Source: Patescibacteria group bacterium
Lineage (GTDB): Bacteria > Patescibacteriota > Patescibacteriia > Magasanikbacterales > UBA922
Length of the DNA stretch: 64,000 nt
Assembly (NCBI GenBank): GCA_041651535.1
Contig: JBAZIZ010000002.1
Location: 82,059 to 146,058 of the forward strand
Direction: 5' to 3'
Shown here: one piece after another, positions 1 to 9,569 of the stretch
How the letters are laid out: every line of letters begins with the position of its first letter
Position numbering within the stretch: position 1 is the stretch's first letter
Program-made: the position numbers and the translations under genes
Notes under the pieces: generated by a model
Databases searched by the model: none
The model's input: the letters and a program-made list of their open reading frames with translations, nothing else
Told to the model about the DNA's origin: nothing

Positions 1-9
1 GATGTAGAA

Positions 10-921
10 TTGTTATTACCAAGTGCTAATTTAGAAACACAAATGGATTTTTTAGAATATCTTTTAAAAAAAGACATTATTCAAGCTTTATCTTTAATTG
101 AAAAAATGGCGGAAGATGGACAAAATATATCTTTTTTTAGCAAATCATTTATTGAATTTTTACATTTCTTTTTATTAGCTAGAGCTGATTTTAATTTAGC
201 AAAAAAACAAATGAATCTAGAAAAAAATACTGAAAAGAAAAGTTTAGAATTATTAAAACTTATAAATAACCAAGAATTAGTAAAATTGATAGATCTTTGT
301 TTAAAAAGAGATGCTGAAATAAAAACTTCTCCATTGCCTCAAATACCTTTAGAACTTTTGATTTTAGAATGGTCACAGATTGATAATCAAAATGAAATAA
401 ATCCAAAAAATAACACAGAAAACACTTTTTTAAATACAGAGATAAAAAAACCCGATATTACAACAAAGACTGTCTTAAAATCTAAAAACAAAGCTGAGAC
501 AGAGTCTTTAAATTCAGTTAACCAAACTGATCAAAAAGAAACAGAAAAAATTTGTGAAAAAGTAAAATCTTTTATTATTGGAAAAAACCGGGATATAAAT
601 TTTGAGGAAATGAAAGCAAAATGGCCAGAATGTTTAAAAAAAATAGAGATTGAATCCCCTTCTTTAATTTTTATCTTAAAAATGGCAGATTTAATAAAAA
701 TAGAAGATAATATTTTAACAGTAGAAGTTTCTTATGAATTTCATCGAGAAAAATTAACCGAAGCCGGTATAAAAAGTAAAATAGAAAATATCTTTTACCA
801 AATATTTGCTGAAAAAATTAAATTAGATGTGAATTTAAATAGTGAAAAAAAACAAGATATAGTAGAACCTCAAAGTGATATCCAAAATCTAGCTTCGGCT
901 CTAGGTGGAGAAATAATTTAA
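10..921 (+). CDS. dnaX: DNA polymerase III subunit gamma/tau, C-terminal portion (5' end lies outside window)
   Basis: ORF open from window edge; the 'SPLPQIPLELLILEW' region and surrounding helices resemble DnaX domain III/IV; TAA stop followed by a hairpin terminator. Confidence 0.5.
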   Translation: MLLPSANLETQMDFLEYLLKKDIIQALSLIEKMAEDGQNISFFSKSFIEFLHFFLLARADFNLAKKQMNLEKNTEKKSLELLKLINNQELVKLIDLCLKRDAEIKTSPLPQIPLELLILEWSQIDNQNEINPKNNTENTFLNTEIKKPDITTKTVLKSKNKAETESLNSVNQTDQKETEKICEKVKSFIIGKNRDINFEEMKAKWPECLKKIEIESPSLIFILKMADLIKIEDNILTVEVSYEFHREKLTEAGIKSKIENIFYQIFAEKIKLDVNLNSEKKQDIVEPQSDIQNLASALGGEII

Positions 922-933
922 AATATATTAAAA

Positions 934-956
934 ACACCGTTAACATGGTGTTTTTT
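934..956 (+). terminator. Rho-independent terminator (ACACC-gttaacat-GGTGT + T6)
   Basis: 5-bp GC-containing stem followed by TTTTTT directly after the dnaX stop. Confidence 0.5.
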
Positions 957-957
957 G

Positions 958-1028
958 AGCCCTCTATCAGAATCGGACTGATATTTATGGTTTACGATAC
1001 CACCGTTCTACCATTGAACTAAGAGGGC
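958..1028 (-). tRNA. tRNA-Thr (anticodon CGU)
   Basis: Minus-strand read GCCCTCT-TA-GTTC-AATGGTA-GAAC-G-GTGGT-ATCGTAA-ACCAT-AAAT-ATCAG-TCCGATT-CTGAT-AGAGGGC-T gives a complete cloverleaf: 7-bp acceptor, D-arm with GG, 5-bp anticodon stem, U33, T-arm. CCA is not encoded. Confidence 0.75.
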
Positions 1029-1063
1029 TTTTGGGAGAGATAAATAAAAAATACTTAAAAAAA

Positions 1064-2062
1064 TTAAAGTTGTTTTACAAATTCAATTTCTTCATCATAT
1101 TCAGGCAAAACACAAAAAGTCATAACTTGGCAATCAGCTGGATTTTTTATTTGTTTTTTATTAACACAAATTACAGTTTTTTCTGACCATTTTACACATT
1201 CTTCCATACAACTATCAAAAGCATCTTTTATATCAACTTCAGTCACATCTTCAGTATAACTAGCACAATCAGAATATTTTTTACAAGCTTCATTACAACT
1301 ATTAGAAATAATTTCTTTTTCATTGCTATTATTTTTTTCATCTTCACAAAGAGATTTTAAAGCAATAAGTTTTTCTACAATTTGTCTTTCAATATTTTCA
1401 ATTTCTGGCAAGACAGGAAGTTTGGGAATTTCATTTTTTGTATTATCAAAATAATTACCATCGGACAATTCTGGGACTTCTGAGCCAGGAATAGGTTCGA
1501 CAATTATATTATCTTCATTAATTTCTGGTAATTCGGGCACTTGATCAAAATAATTACCATCGGACAATTCTGGGACTTCTGAGCCTAATCGTGGATCATT
1601 ATTTGGATAATAATCTAATAATTCAGGAGTCTCTGAACCTGGGATAGCTTCTACGACTATATTATCTTCATTAATTTCTGGTAATTCGGGCACTTGATCA
1701 AAATAATTACCATCGGACAATTCTGGGACTTCTGAGCCAGGAATAGGTTCGACAATTATATTATCTTCATTAATTTCTGGTAATTCTGGAATAAAATTAG
1801 ATTCTTTTTCTGATTCAATAATTTTATTTTTTCTAGTTTGCAAATCTTCTAATCGATTTTCAAAATCTTTTATAGTATTTGCTATTATTTTTGGATTATC
1901 ACAATTATTAATAGCAGAAATATCATTTAACAGTTTATCATAATCAGAAAGAAGGGATTCAGGAAAATCAGTATCCTTTTTTGTTTCTGGTAAAAACAAA
2001 AAAGCACTGATTGCAATTATTGATATTCCGCTAATAATTGAAAATATTTTTCCAATAGACAT
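1064..2062 (-). CDS. Membrane-anchored/secreted acidic protein with three tandem ~40-aa repeats (VPELPEINEDNIIVEPIPGSEVPELSDGNYFDQ) and a Cys-rich C-terminal domain
   Basis: N-terminal hydrophobic segment (IFSIISGISIIAISAFLFL); internal repeat visible at both protein and DNA level; 8 Cys in the last 90 aa. Confidence 0.6.
   Translation of the reverse strand: MSIGKIFSIISGISIIAISAFLFLPETKKDTDFPESLLSDYDKLLNDISAINNCDNPKIIANTIKDFENRLEDLQTRKNKIIESEKESNFIPELPEINEDNIIVEPIPGSEVPELSDGNYFDQVPELPEINEDNIVVEAIPGSETPELLDYYPNNDPRLGSEVPELSDGNYFDQVPELPEINEDNIIVEPIPGSEVPELSDGNYFDNTKNEIPKLPVLPEIENIERQIVEKLIALKSLCEDEKNNSNEKEIISNSCNEACKKYSDCASYTEDVTEVDIKDAFDSCMEECVKWSEKTVICVNKKQIKNPADCQVMTFCVLPEYDEEIEFVKQL
1440..1800. 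repeat. ~120-bp tandem direct repeat x3 inside CDS 1064-2062
   Basis: Segment 'ttaccatcggacaattctgggacttctgagcc' recurs at ~1457, ~1555 and ~1697 together with flanking sequence. Confidence 0.7.
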
Positions 2063-2383
2063 AATTTTAATTTAAAAATTATTATAATATAATACTCTTT
2101 TTATATTTACTAGTCAAAAAATTTTTTATAAAAAAAGTCCACCGAAGCGGACTTTTGTATGTTGAAACCAATAAAGAACAAAAAACGGTGGTAGGTCTTA
2201 AAAACCATGACATAACCTCACAAGCTCAAAAAGAACTTGCGTATGAAATTTGCTTTTGCAAAATTCATAACCACCAAAAGGTACGTCTCTCAGACATGAG
2301 ATGATATAAAGATAACACAGAAAAAAAATTTTGTCAATATCCTATACTTTTTTATAAAAAACCAGTCTTTTACGAACTAGATC

Positions 2384-2412
2384 TTGACAAAATCTTTAAT
2401 CTATGAGATTAT
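2384..2412 (+). promoter_or_regulatory. Candidate sigma70-type promoter (TTGACA-17-GATTAT) for the DEAD-box helicase with a long 5' leader
   Basis: TTGACA at 2384-2389 and a -10-like hexamer 17 nt downstream; a second TTGTCA-16-TATAAA pair lies at 2331-2358. Confidence 0.25.
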
Positions 2413-2557
2413 ATAGTCCAACTTAGAATTTAATATTTTTATTATTAGATTCTGTACTTCGGAAAAAGTCTGTCATAAGTATTATATCACAAACTTTTTA
2501 GGTACACTTTACAAAAAGTTTTGATTTTTATTTAAAAAAATCAAATATAATAATTAT

Positions 2558-4279
2558 ATGACAACATTTAGAGAACTTGGCTTAAATTCAGATTTGATAA
2601 AAAGCCTTGAAGATTTAGGTTTTAGCGAACCTACTCCTATTCAGGAAAAAACAATTCCTTTTATTTTAAATTCAAAAAAGGATTTAATCGCTTTAGCTCA
2701 GACTGGTACTGGTAAAACCGCGGCTTTTGGTTTACCTATTTTAAATCAAATTGACAAAAATAATCGTAATCTACAAGCTATTATTCTTTGTCCAACTAGA
2801 GAACTTTGTTTACAAATTACTCAGGATTTAAAAAAAATGGCTAAATATTCCAAAGAAAATATTATTGCTATTTATGGTGGGTCTAGTATTGAACTGCAAA
2901 TTAGAGCAGTGAAAAATCGAGCTAATATTATAGTTGGTACTCCTGGTCGTGTTCATGATCTGATTCGACGACGTATTTTAAATTTACAAACAATAAAATT
3001 TTTAGTTTTAGACGAAGCTGACGAAATGCTTGATATGGGTTTCAAAGATGATTTAGACGCTATTTTAGATGAAACACCTGAAACTAGACAAACACTGCTT
3101 TTTTCAGCCACAATCAGTAAAAGTGTCCGTTTGATTGCTAAAAATTACATGCAAAACGCTGAGGAAATTAGTATTGGAAAAAATAATATCGGGGCAGACA
3201 AAGTTAGTCATGAATATTATGTGGTTGATGCTAATAAACGTTTTGAAGCTTTAAAAAGAATTTTAGATTCTTTACCAGGAGTTTATGGCATTTTATTTTG
3301 TCGTACTAGAAATGAAACTCAAGAAATTGCGGCAAAATTAAAACAAGCTCATTATGACACTGAGGCTCTTCATGGCGATGTTTCACAGTCGATGCGCAGT
3401 AAAATTATGGCTGATTTTAAAAATAAAAAAAGAGGTTTGCTGGTAGCTACTGATGTTGCAGCTCGTGGTATAGATATTTCTGATTTATCTCACGTGATAA
3501 ATTATAATTTGCCTGATAGTGACGAATCTTACACTCATAGAAGTGGTCGTACAGGAAGAGCGCAAAAAACAGGAATTGCTATTTCCATTGTGAGTCCAAG
3601 AGAAGTTCGCCGTATTAAAGATATTGAATATATAATAAATAAAGAAATTGAATATAAAAAAATTCCAGATGGAAAAGAAATTTGTCAAATACAAATCAAA
3701 AATTTTATTGAGGAAATTGAAAAATCAAATATTAAAGATTTTACTGACGAAGAATTTTTTTCTGAAATTAATAAAAATTTAAAAAAAACAAAAAAAGAAG
3801 ATTTGATCAGACATCTTATTTCTTATCGTTTTGGTCATTTGCTCAATTATTATAAAGATTCTTACAACTTAAATGTTCGGGTACCTGATGTTCGAAGCAA
3901 AAAAGATGGTCCATTAAAAGAAGGTGTTGATTTAAAAATAAATCTAGGAAAAGCACATGGTTTTGATATTCAAGCTTTATTTACTATAATCAACTCAAAT
4001 AAAAATTTAAATGGCATGGAAATTGGAAAAATTTCTCTTATGCCTGAATTTTCTTTTTTTGCTGTTGAAAAAGAACAAGCTGCAGAAGTAATTCAAACTC
4101 TTAACGGTCAAAAATTCCGTAATCATGAAATAGAAATAGAAACTGATGTTGAAATAAAAGATAATTCAAAAACCTATAAAAAAAGATCTGAGCATAACAA
4201 TTATAACAAAAATCATAGATCAAGAAATAGATCTTTTAACAGAAGAAGATTTGATTCACACCGAAGAAAAAGATATTAA
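2558..4279 (+). CDS. deaD: DEAD-box ATP-dependent RNA helicase with C-terminal DbpA-type RNA-binding domain and basic R/S-rich tail
   Basis: Motif I AQTGTGKT, Ia PTRELCLQI, II VLDEADEML, III SAT, VI HRSGRTGRAQKTG; C-terminal 'GMEIGKISLMPEFSFFAVEKEQAAEVIQTLNGQKFRNHEIEIE' RRM-like; tail RSRNRSFNRRRFDSHRRKRY. Confidence 0.9.
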   Translation: MTTFRELGLNSDLIKSLEDLGFSEPTPIQEKTIPFILNSKKDLIALAQTGTGKTAAFGLPILNQIDKNNRNLQAIILCPTRELCLQITQDLKKMAKYSKENIIAIYGGSSIELQIRAVKNRANIIVGTPGRVHDLIRRRILNLQTIKFLVLDEADEMLDMGFKDDLDAILDETPETRQTLLFSATISKSVRLIAKNYMQNAEEISIGKNNIGADKVSHEYYVVDANKRFEALKRILDSLPGVYGILFCRTRNETQEIAAKLKQAHYDTEALHGDVSQSMRSKIMADFKNKKRGLLVATDVAARGIDISDLSHVINYNLPDSDESYTHRSGRTGRAQKTGIAISIVSPREVRRIKDIEYIINKEIEYKKIPDGKEICQIQIKNFIEEIEKSNIKDFTDEEFFSEINKNLKKTKKEDLIRHLISYRFGHLLNYYKDSYNLNVRVPDVRSKKDGPLKEGVDLKINLGKAHGFDIQALFTIINSNKNLNGMEIGKISLMPEFSFFAVEKEQAAEVIQTLNGQKFRNHEIEIETDVEIKDNSKTYKKRSEHNNYNKNHRSRNRSFNRRRFDSHRRKRY

Positions 4280-4289
4280 TTATTCTAAA

Positions 4290-4314
4290 ACATCGCTTTA
4301 AGCGATGTTTTTTG
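4290..4314 (+). terminator. Rho-independent terminator (ACATCGC-ttta-GCGATGT + T6)
   Basis: Perfect 7-bp stem and U-tract 10 nt after the helicase stop. Confidence 0.6.
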
Positions 4315-4333
4315 TTAAAATATTTTTTTATTT

Positions 4334-7300
4334 TTATTTATTTTTTTCTATTGCGATATCTTTACTAATAGCTGATTCGTCATTTTCTGCAATATTTATA
4401 TTTTCTAATTTTCTTTCTTTAAACCCTTCTTTTTCAACTGTCAGATAATAATTATTTTTTCCAGCTAAAAATGAATAACGTCCTTTATTGTCTGTAACTT
4501 GAGTGCTGATAAGTTTATTAAATTTACTATCATAAAGTCTGATAATAGCTTTAGCCAAAGGTTTTTTTGTATCTTTATCAAAAATAATACCATAATTTTT
4601 GAATTTTTTCTGACTAGAAAATTTCTTATACAAAATATAAAATAAAATTTGTACTGCTAATAAAATTCCGACATATAAATTTGGTTTTACCACCATAGCT
4701 AAAATACCAACTACCAAAGAAACGCTAATAATCAGATGTCTAATATCAGTCAACAAATTGCTAATGATAATACGACGTGGAGTTTTATTTGCACCGACAG
4801 GATCAATCGGAATATTTTGAATAATTGCTGAAGTATTTTCATCAATATGAATTGGGGCTCCATGATAAATATTTTGGAAACTTGTGTCTTCACTAATATC
4901 TTGTAAAATTTTTGTTGGATAAATAAAATTCGCAGTTGCAACCACAATTCGGTAAATTCCTGGTTCAGCAAAAAATTTATAACGACCTTTACTATCAGTA
5001 ACTGCTGTTTGTACGATACGATCAGTCTTATCATCAACAAGTCTAACTGTAATTAAATCTACTGGCATTTTATTTAAAGAATTGTAAACTATTCCCCACT
5101 CTTTTCTTTTTTTCTTACTAAATAAAGTAAAAGGCAATAAAACTAAAGCTCGCAGATAACTAAGCAAACTTAAAAAAGATAAAGCTGGAACAGCTAAAGC
5201 TAAAGTTGTCGCAATAGCCGCTGGCGCCACTACTCTTTCTACTGTTTTTTCAATTTTTGGATCATTAAAAGAATCAATTACATTACCCGCAGTTTGTGTT
5301 CCGACATCAGCAAGATATCCAGCCTTTTCCGCTACTGTAATTTCTGGATCAAGTAAATTAATTTTTTTAATTAAATTAAAATTACGATTAACAATGAAAT
5401 TATCAACAGTAAAACCGCTAGTTTCACTGATTAAATAACCATCTTTTTTTACAGTAAGTTTATAAGCACCGTTTGGAACTGTAAAACCATAAAAACCATT
5501 TTCATCAGTTTCTACAGTTTGAATCAATTTGTATTTATTTTCTCCAGATAATTGTTGCAAAGTTACTACTGCTCCATCTATATTTTCAAAATCGTTATCA
5601 ATTTGACTGACAATTTTTCCATAAGGCAAAACAAAAACTGAAAAAGGTAAAATTTCTTCGCCGTCTGTGCCATGTTCTATTTTTATTAGTGCGCTATATG
5701 AACTGACTGCAGTTGGTGCTAATAAATCAGCAATATACATTTGACTACCTTGATCAAAATATAAATCATAGCTAGTATCTTTGAAATAAAGTTTAGCTGA
5801 TTTTATAGTTGCAGGAATTTTTGTAGTATTAACTGAAATACCTAGAGAAGAACCAGCTAAAACACTAACACTATTATAAGAATTTAAACGAGCATTTATA
5901 GTACGATTTGCTAAATAAACTTTTACATCACTAATATCTAAAACAGCTCCAACTGGTAAATGATATTCGCTATTATCCAAAGCATTTTCACAATCATTAT
6001 CATTTAAATCAACAAGTCCATCGCCATCATTATCAATTCCATCCTGACATTGAACTAAAATTATTGTATTATTTTCAAAAATAGTATTAGTGTCTGTTTC
6101 AGTTATAATTTTATCTTCACAAGTATTATCACTTAAAACATATTCGTTATTATCAGTTGGATCCACACAACCATTATCACTTAAATCAATAAATCCATCA
6201 CCATCATTATCAATTCCATCATTACACTGTGTTTCACAATTTCCACAAGTTCCTGGGTTTTCTTCACCACTATTATTTACTTCTGAATTATCATCATAAT
6301 TTTGACAACCTAAATCATTTAAATCAATAAGTCCATCACCATCATTATCAATTCCGTCATTACAAGCAGCTAAATATTCATTATTATCCACTGAATCATA
6401 AACTCCATTTAAATAACAACCAGAATCTTGATTATCAATTCGGCCATCACCATCATTATCAATTCCATCAGCACAATCTTTTATTTCAGCACAAGTTTCT
6501 GGATTACAAACATTATCATCGTATTCACTATTGTCAGTTGAATCATAAACTCCTGCTTCATTTTGACAGCCTGGATCCAGTTCATCAATAAAATTATCAC
6601 CATCATTATCTTGATTATCTGCACAATCTGTAATTGTTTCATCACCACCACTACAACCTAAATCAGCACAAGATAAATCATTAAAATAATAACTAACAAA
6701 TTTATTATTACCGGCTTTATCAGAAACAGAAACAGTCCAATCAACTTTTCTTTCTGAAACAAAATCAGTATCTTGATTAACTGTTATTGAATACAAATTA
6801 TCATTTATTTTTTCTGAAATTACATTGACTGAACCTGACCAACCAATTTGACTAACAGATACTTCTAAAGTATTTACATCAACTCCTGAACCGCCACTAT
6901 CAGAAATTTGAAAAGTAATTGGATCAGAAACTTTATGATTTGGTTTTTGATTGGCTGGATTAACATTTATTATTTGTGGTGGAGTTGATTCGCAAAAACC
7001 AGATTTTACTGTATAAGAGGCGCCACTAACTGAATTTAAAATATTTTCACTATTAACTGCATCAGCAATTTTTGAAGTAATAATTTCTGAAGAATTAAAG
7101 CGAATTGTCAATTCTTTTGTTTCTAATAAACTTGCACTTCTGACTGTAATTCTAGCAAAACGTAAATTTGAACCACTTTTATTTCCACCATAACCCACTA
7201 AACCAATAACTTTATTTCCAGAAACCACAGGGCTCGGTAAAATATCTGGTGAACTATAAGTATTAAAAAGTCCACCACCGCTGATAGAAATTGATTCACC

Positions 7301-7519
7301 AGAACCAACAAAATCATGTTCAATATAAATTTGAGCTCCATTTGTACTTTCTCCACTGTCAGTATTTATAAAAACATCAATGGTTTTACTACAACCACTG
7401 CCTCCCATAGCTGTCAGATCACCACTGGCTGGAGAAACAAAAAAACTTGCAGCTTCAACATTTGAAGCAAAAAATATTCCAACTGCAAATATAATTACTA
7501 AAAAAAATTTTTTAAACAT
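4334..7519 (-). CDS. Large (1061 aa) surface protein with signal peptide, ~6 Cys-bracketed calcium-binding 'CxDGxDNDGDGxIDxxDxGC' repeats, two membrane-spanning segments and three CarbopepD_reg/Cna-B-like beta-sandwich domains
   Basis: N-term MFKKFFLVIIFAVGIFFASNVEA; repeated DNDGDG motifs (thrombospondin-type-3-like); hydrophobic stretches at aa ~690-760; 'TDxxGxYxF...GxYxL' motifs typical of carboxypeptidase-regulatory-like domains. Confidence 0.6.
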   Translation of the reverse strand: MFKKFFLVIIFAVGIFFASNVEAASFFVSPASGDLTAMGGSGCSKTIDVFINTDSGESTNGAQIYIEHDFVGSGESISISGGGLFNTYSSPDILPSPVVSGNKVIGLVGYGGNKSGSNLRFARITVRSASLLETKELTIRFNSSEIITSKIADAVNSENILNSVSGASYTVKSGFCESTPPQIINVNPANQKPNHKVSDPITFQISDSGGSGVDVNTLEVSVSQIGWSGSVNVISEKINDNLYSITVNQDTDFVSERKVDWTVSVSDKAGNNKFVSYYFNDLSCADLGCSGGDETITDCADNQDNDGDNFIDELDPGCQNEAGVYDSTDNSEYDDNVCNPETCAEIKDCADGIDNDGDGRIDNQDSGCYLNGVYDSVDNNEYLAACNDGIDNDGDGLIDLNDLGCQNYDDNSEVNNSGEENPGTCGNCETQCNDGIDNDGDGFIDLSDNGCVDPTDNNEYVLSDNTCEDKIITETDTNTIFENNTIILVQCQDGIDNDGDGLVDLNDNDCENALDNSEYHLPVGAVLDISDVKVYLANRTINARLNSYNSVSVLAGSSLGISVNTTKIPATIKSAKLYFKDTSYDLYFDQGSQMYIADLLAPTAVSSYSALIKIEHGTDGEEILPFSVFVLPYGKIVSQIDNDFENIDGAVVTLQQLSGENKYKLIQTVETDENGFYGFTVPNGAYKLTVKKDGYLISETSGFTVDNFIVNRNFNLIKKINLLDPEITVAEKAGYLADVGTQTAGNVIDSFNDPKIEKTVERVVAPAAIATTLALAVPALSFLSLLSYLRALVLLPFTLFSKKKRKEWGIVYNSLNKMPVDLITVRLVDDKTDRIVQTAVTDSKGRYKFFAEPGIYRIVVATANFIYPTKILQDISEDTSFQNIYHGAPIHIDENTSAIIQNIPIDPVGANKTPRRIIISNLLTDIRHLIISVSLVVGILAMVVKPNLYVGILLAVQILFYILYKKFSSQKKFKNYGIIFDKDTKKPLAKAIIRLYDSKFNKLISTQVTDNKGRYSFLAGKNNYYLTVEKEGFKERKLENINIAENDESAISKDIAIEKNK

Positions 7520-7587
7520 ATAATTTTATTTTATTTTGCGTTTAAAAATTGTTAACTATTAAAAATTAAAAATTTTCAAAAGTAAAA

Positions 7588-8745
7588 TTATGGCAAAAGA
7601 TCACCTTGCATATTAAAATTAATAAGAACAATTGAAACATCTGAAATATCAGTTATTCCATCTCCATTTAAATCAGTATCTAAATCATTTAATTGATTAA
7701 ATTTTACATCCTCAGCCGAAAGATCCAGAACATCAACAATATTATCTTTTAATCCTGGCCAATCTCCTTGGGTATCACCAGCGTAAAGATAATAAGAACC
7801 CCAAGAATTTAAAATTGTACTATCTGTAAAATTTAAAATCAATTCACTAGTGTCCGCAGTAATATTTACTCCACTAATTTTTTTTGCTAAATGAGAACGT
7901 CCTTTTAAAAAAACAGAGAAATTATTATAAATTGGCAGACTAATATTAAGATTTTTATAATAACCGCTATTATCTAAATTTATTTGAACAATTTTAAAAA
8001 TTTCATGCGCAGAATTATCAGAAAAAACAAGTAAGGCTGGTAAAGAATAGTTATTTCCACCAACTCTTTTGTCTGGTCGGGCGTAAACTTCTAAACTTAA
8101 ACTTTTTTCTGGCAAAACAACTAAAGTTTCGAATTCACCAGTCGCAAAAACATAATTATTAGATGCATCATTACAACGAATTTGATAAAAATATTTTTTA
8201 GCTGATTCCAAGCCATTTAATTCTATCCAAAAATTTGAATTGTTATTATAAACCGCAGTATTTAAAGAATAAGACGTATCCAAACCATAATTAAAAACAC
8301 ATACTGGCAATTCTGGATTATTATCAACTGCTGACCAAGAAACTTTAGCATAAGTTAAACTACTAGAAGAAAAAATATTTGTTATTGTTGGTGGGGTTGT
8401 ATCTGCACTAGGTCCACCACCACCACAAGTATTTGTACACGCAGAACTATTTAAAGTACAATCACTTTCACAAGATAAAGTTCCACAAACAAAAGAAAAA
8501 TTAAAACAAGTTCTTCCGTTTAAATCTAAACCATCACATTCTTCTCCACCTTCAACAATACCATTACCGCAAACAGCTGAGCCAGCAGGTACAGAAAAAT
8601 TTATATTTAAATTAGAGCTAGTCGCAGTTCGGGTAATCGCAATTCCCAAAAAAACTCCGCCAAAAAATAACAGAGAAAAAAACAAACCAAAAATAAAAAA
8701 TTTTTTATTTTTCATACTTTGTTCTTTTGTAAAAAATAAAACCAA
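7588..8745 (-). CDS. Secreted Cys-rich protein with C-terminal dockerin/EF-hand-like 'DLNGDGITDISDVS' motif
   Basis: Signal peptide/TM at N-terminus; 'CGNGIVEGGEECDGLDLNGRTC...' cysteine-rich module; calcium-binding-like D-x-N-G-D-G loop near C-terminus. Confidence 0.55.
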   Translation of the reverse strand: MVLFFTKEQSMKNKKFFIFGLFFSLLFFGGVFLGIAITRTATSSNLNINFSVPAGSAVCGNGIVEGGEECDGLDLNGRTCFNFSFVCGTLSCESDCTLNSSACTNTCGGGGPSADTTPPTITNIFSSSSLTYAKVSWSAVDNNPELPVCVFNYGLDTSYSLNTAVYNNNSNFWIELNGLESAKKYFYQIRCNDASNNYVFATGEFETLVVLPEKSLSLEVYARPDKRVGGNNYSLPALLVFSDNSAHEIFKIVQINLDNSGYYKNLNISLPIYNNFSVFLKGRSHLAKKISGVNITADTSELILNFTDSTILNSWGSYYLYAGDTQGDWPGLKDNIVDVLDLSAEDVKFNQLNDLDTDLNGDGITDISDVSIVLINFNMQGDLLP

Positions 8746-9565
8746 TTAAAGATATAATTAAAATCAATATCAATCCTATTGACCAAAAAGGTAAATAAAC
8801 AAAATCTATTTGTGAATTTATTTTTTGTCCAGTTAAACCATAATCAATCGCAATTTCAGCATGATAAAATCCTGGCCAAAATATATTATTATTTTTTTCT
8901 ATGTCTATATCAGAATTACGAATTGCTCCAGCAAAAATTTTATCACCTAAATTTAATTTTTGAGAAAATTTTTCTTGCTTAAAGATATTTCTTAATTTAA
9001 TTTCTCCTGCAAAAGGAGTGGCTACATTTCCTTCATTTTTCAAAGCTAAATAAAAAGAAAAATCATTATTAAAAAATATTTTTTTGTTTGTTATAAATTT
9101 AAGCAAAGAAAATTTTTCTTGTACTTGTCCAGCAATTTCTAAATCTAAGATTGAAAGCAACTGAGTTTGAACATTTTTAGAACTAATTTGTGTGACTGAT
9201 AAACCTGCAAAATGAGAACCAACATAAAAATCATTTGGAATTATCAAAGAAAAATTTATTATTTTTTCTTCACCGGCTTTTAAAAAAATATTTTTTTCTA
9301 AGGGAACAATAATTTTTTTCATGTCTTCGCTAGTAAGTAAATTTAAACTACCATCTTCAGCTTGATCAATATCAAAAACAGCAATTTCATAATTATTGTC
9401 TATTTTTTCATCATTAATAACTTTTAATTGAATTAGTTTTGATTCACCACGTTCCGCAGTAATTAAAATTTTTGCTGGCATAATCCCAAAAGCCTGTACT
9501 CTTGAAATTAAAAAAAAGTTTAAAAATAAGAAAATTATTAAAAATAAACTAAAACGAAATTTCAT
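8705..9565 (-). CDS. Hypothetical cell-surface protein with signal peptide and C-terminal membrane anchor
   Basis: N-terminal MKFRFSLFLIIFLFLNFFLISRVQA; C-terminal WSIGLILILIISLIGFIFYKRTKYEK; 41-nt overlap with the downstream gene. Confidence 0.5.
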   Translation of the reverse strand: MKFRFSLFLIIFLFLNFFLISRVQAFGIMPAKILITAERGESKLIQLKVINDEKIDNNYEIAVFDIDQAEDGSLNLLTSEDMKKIIVPLEKNIFLKAGEEKIINFSLIIPNDFYVGSHFAGLSVTQISSKNVQTQLLSILDLEIAGQVQEKFSLLKFITNKKIFFNNDFSFYLALKNEGNVATPFAGEIKLRNIFKQEKFSQKLNLGDKIFAGAIRNSDIDIEKNNNIFWPGFYHAEIAIDYGLTGQKINSQIDFVYLPFWSIGLILILIISLIGFIFYKRTKYEK

Positions 9566-9569
9566 AAAA

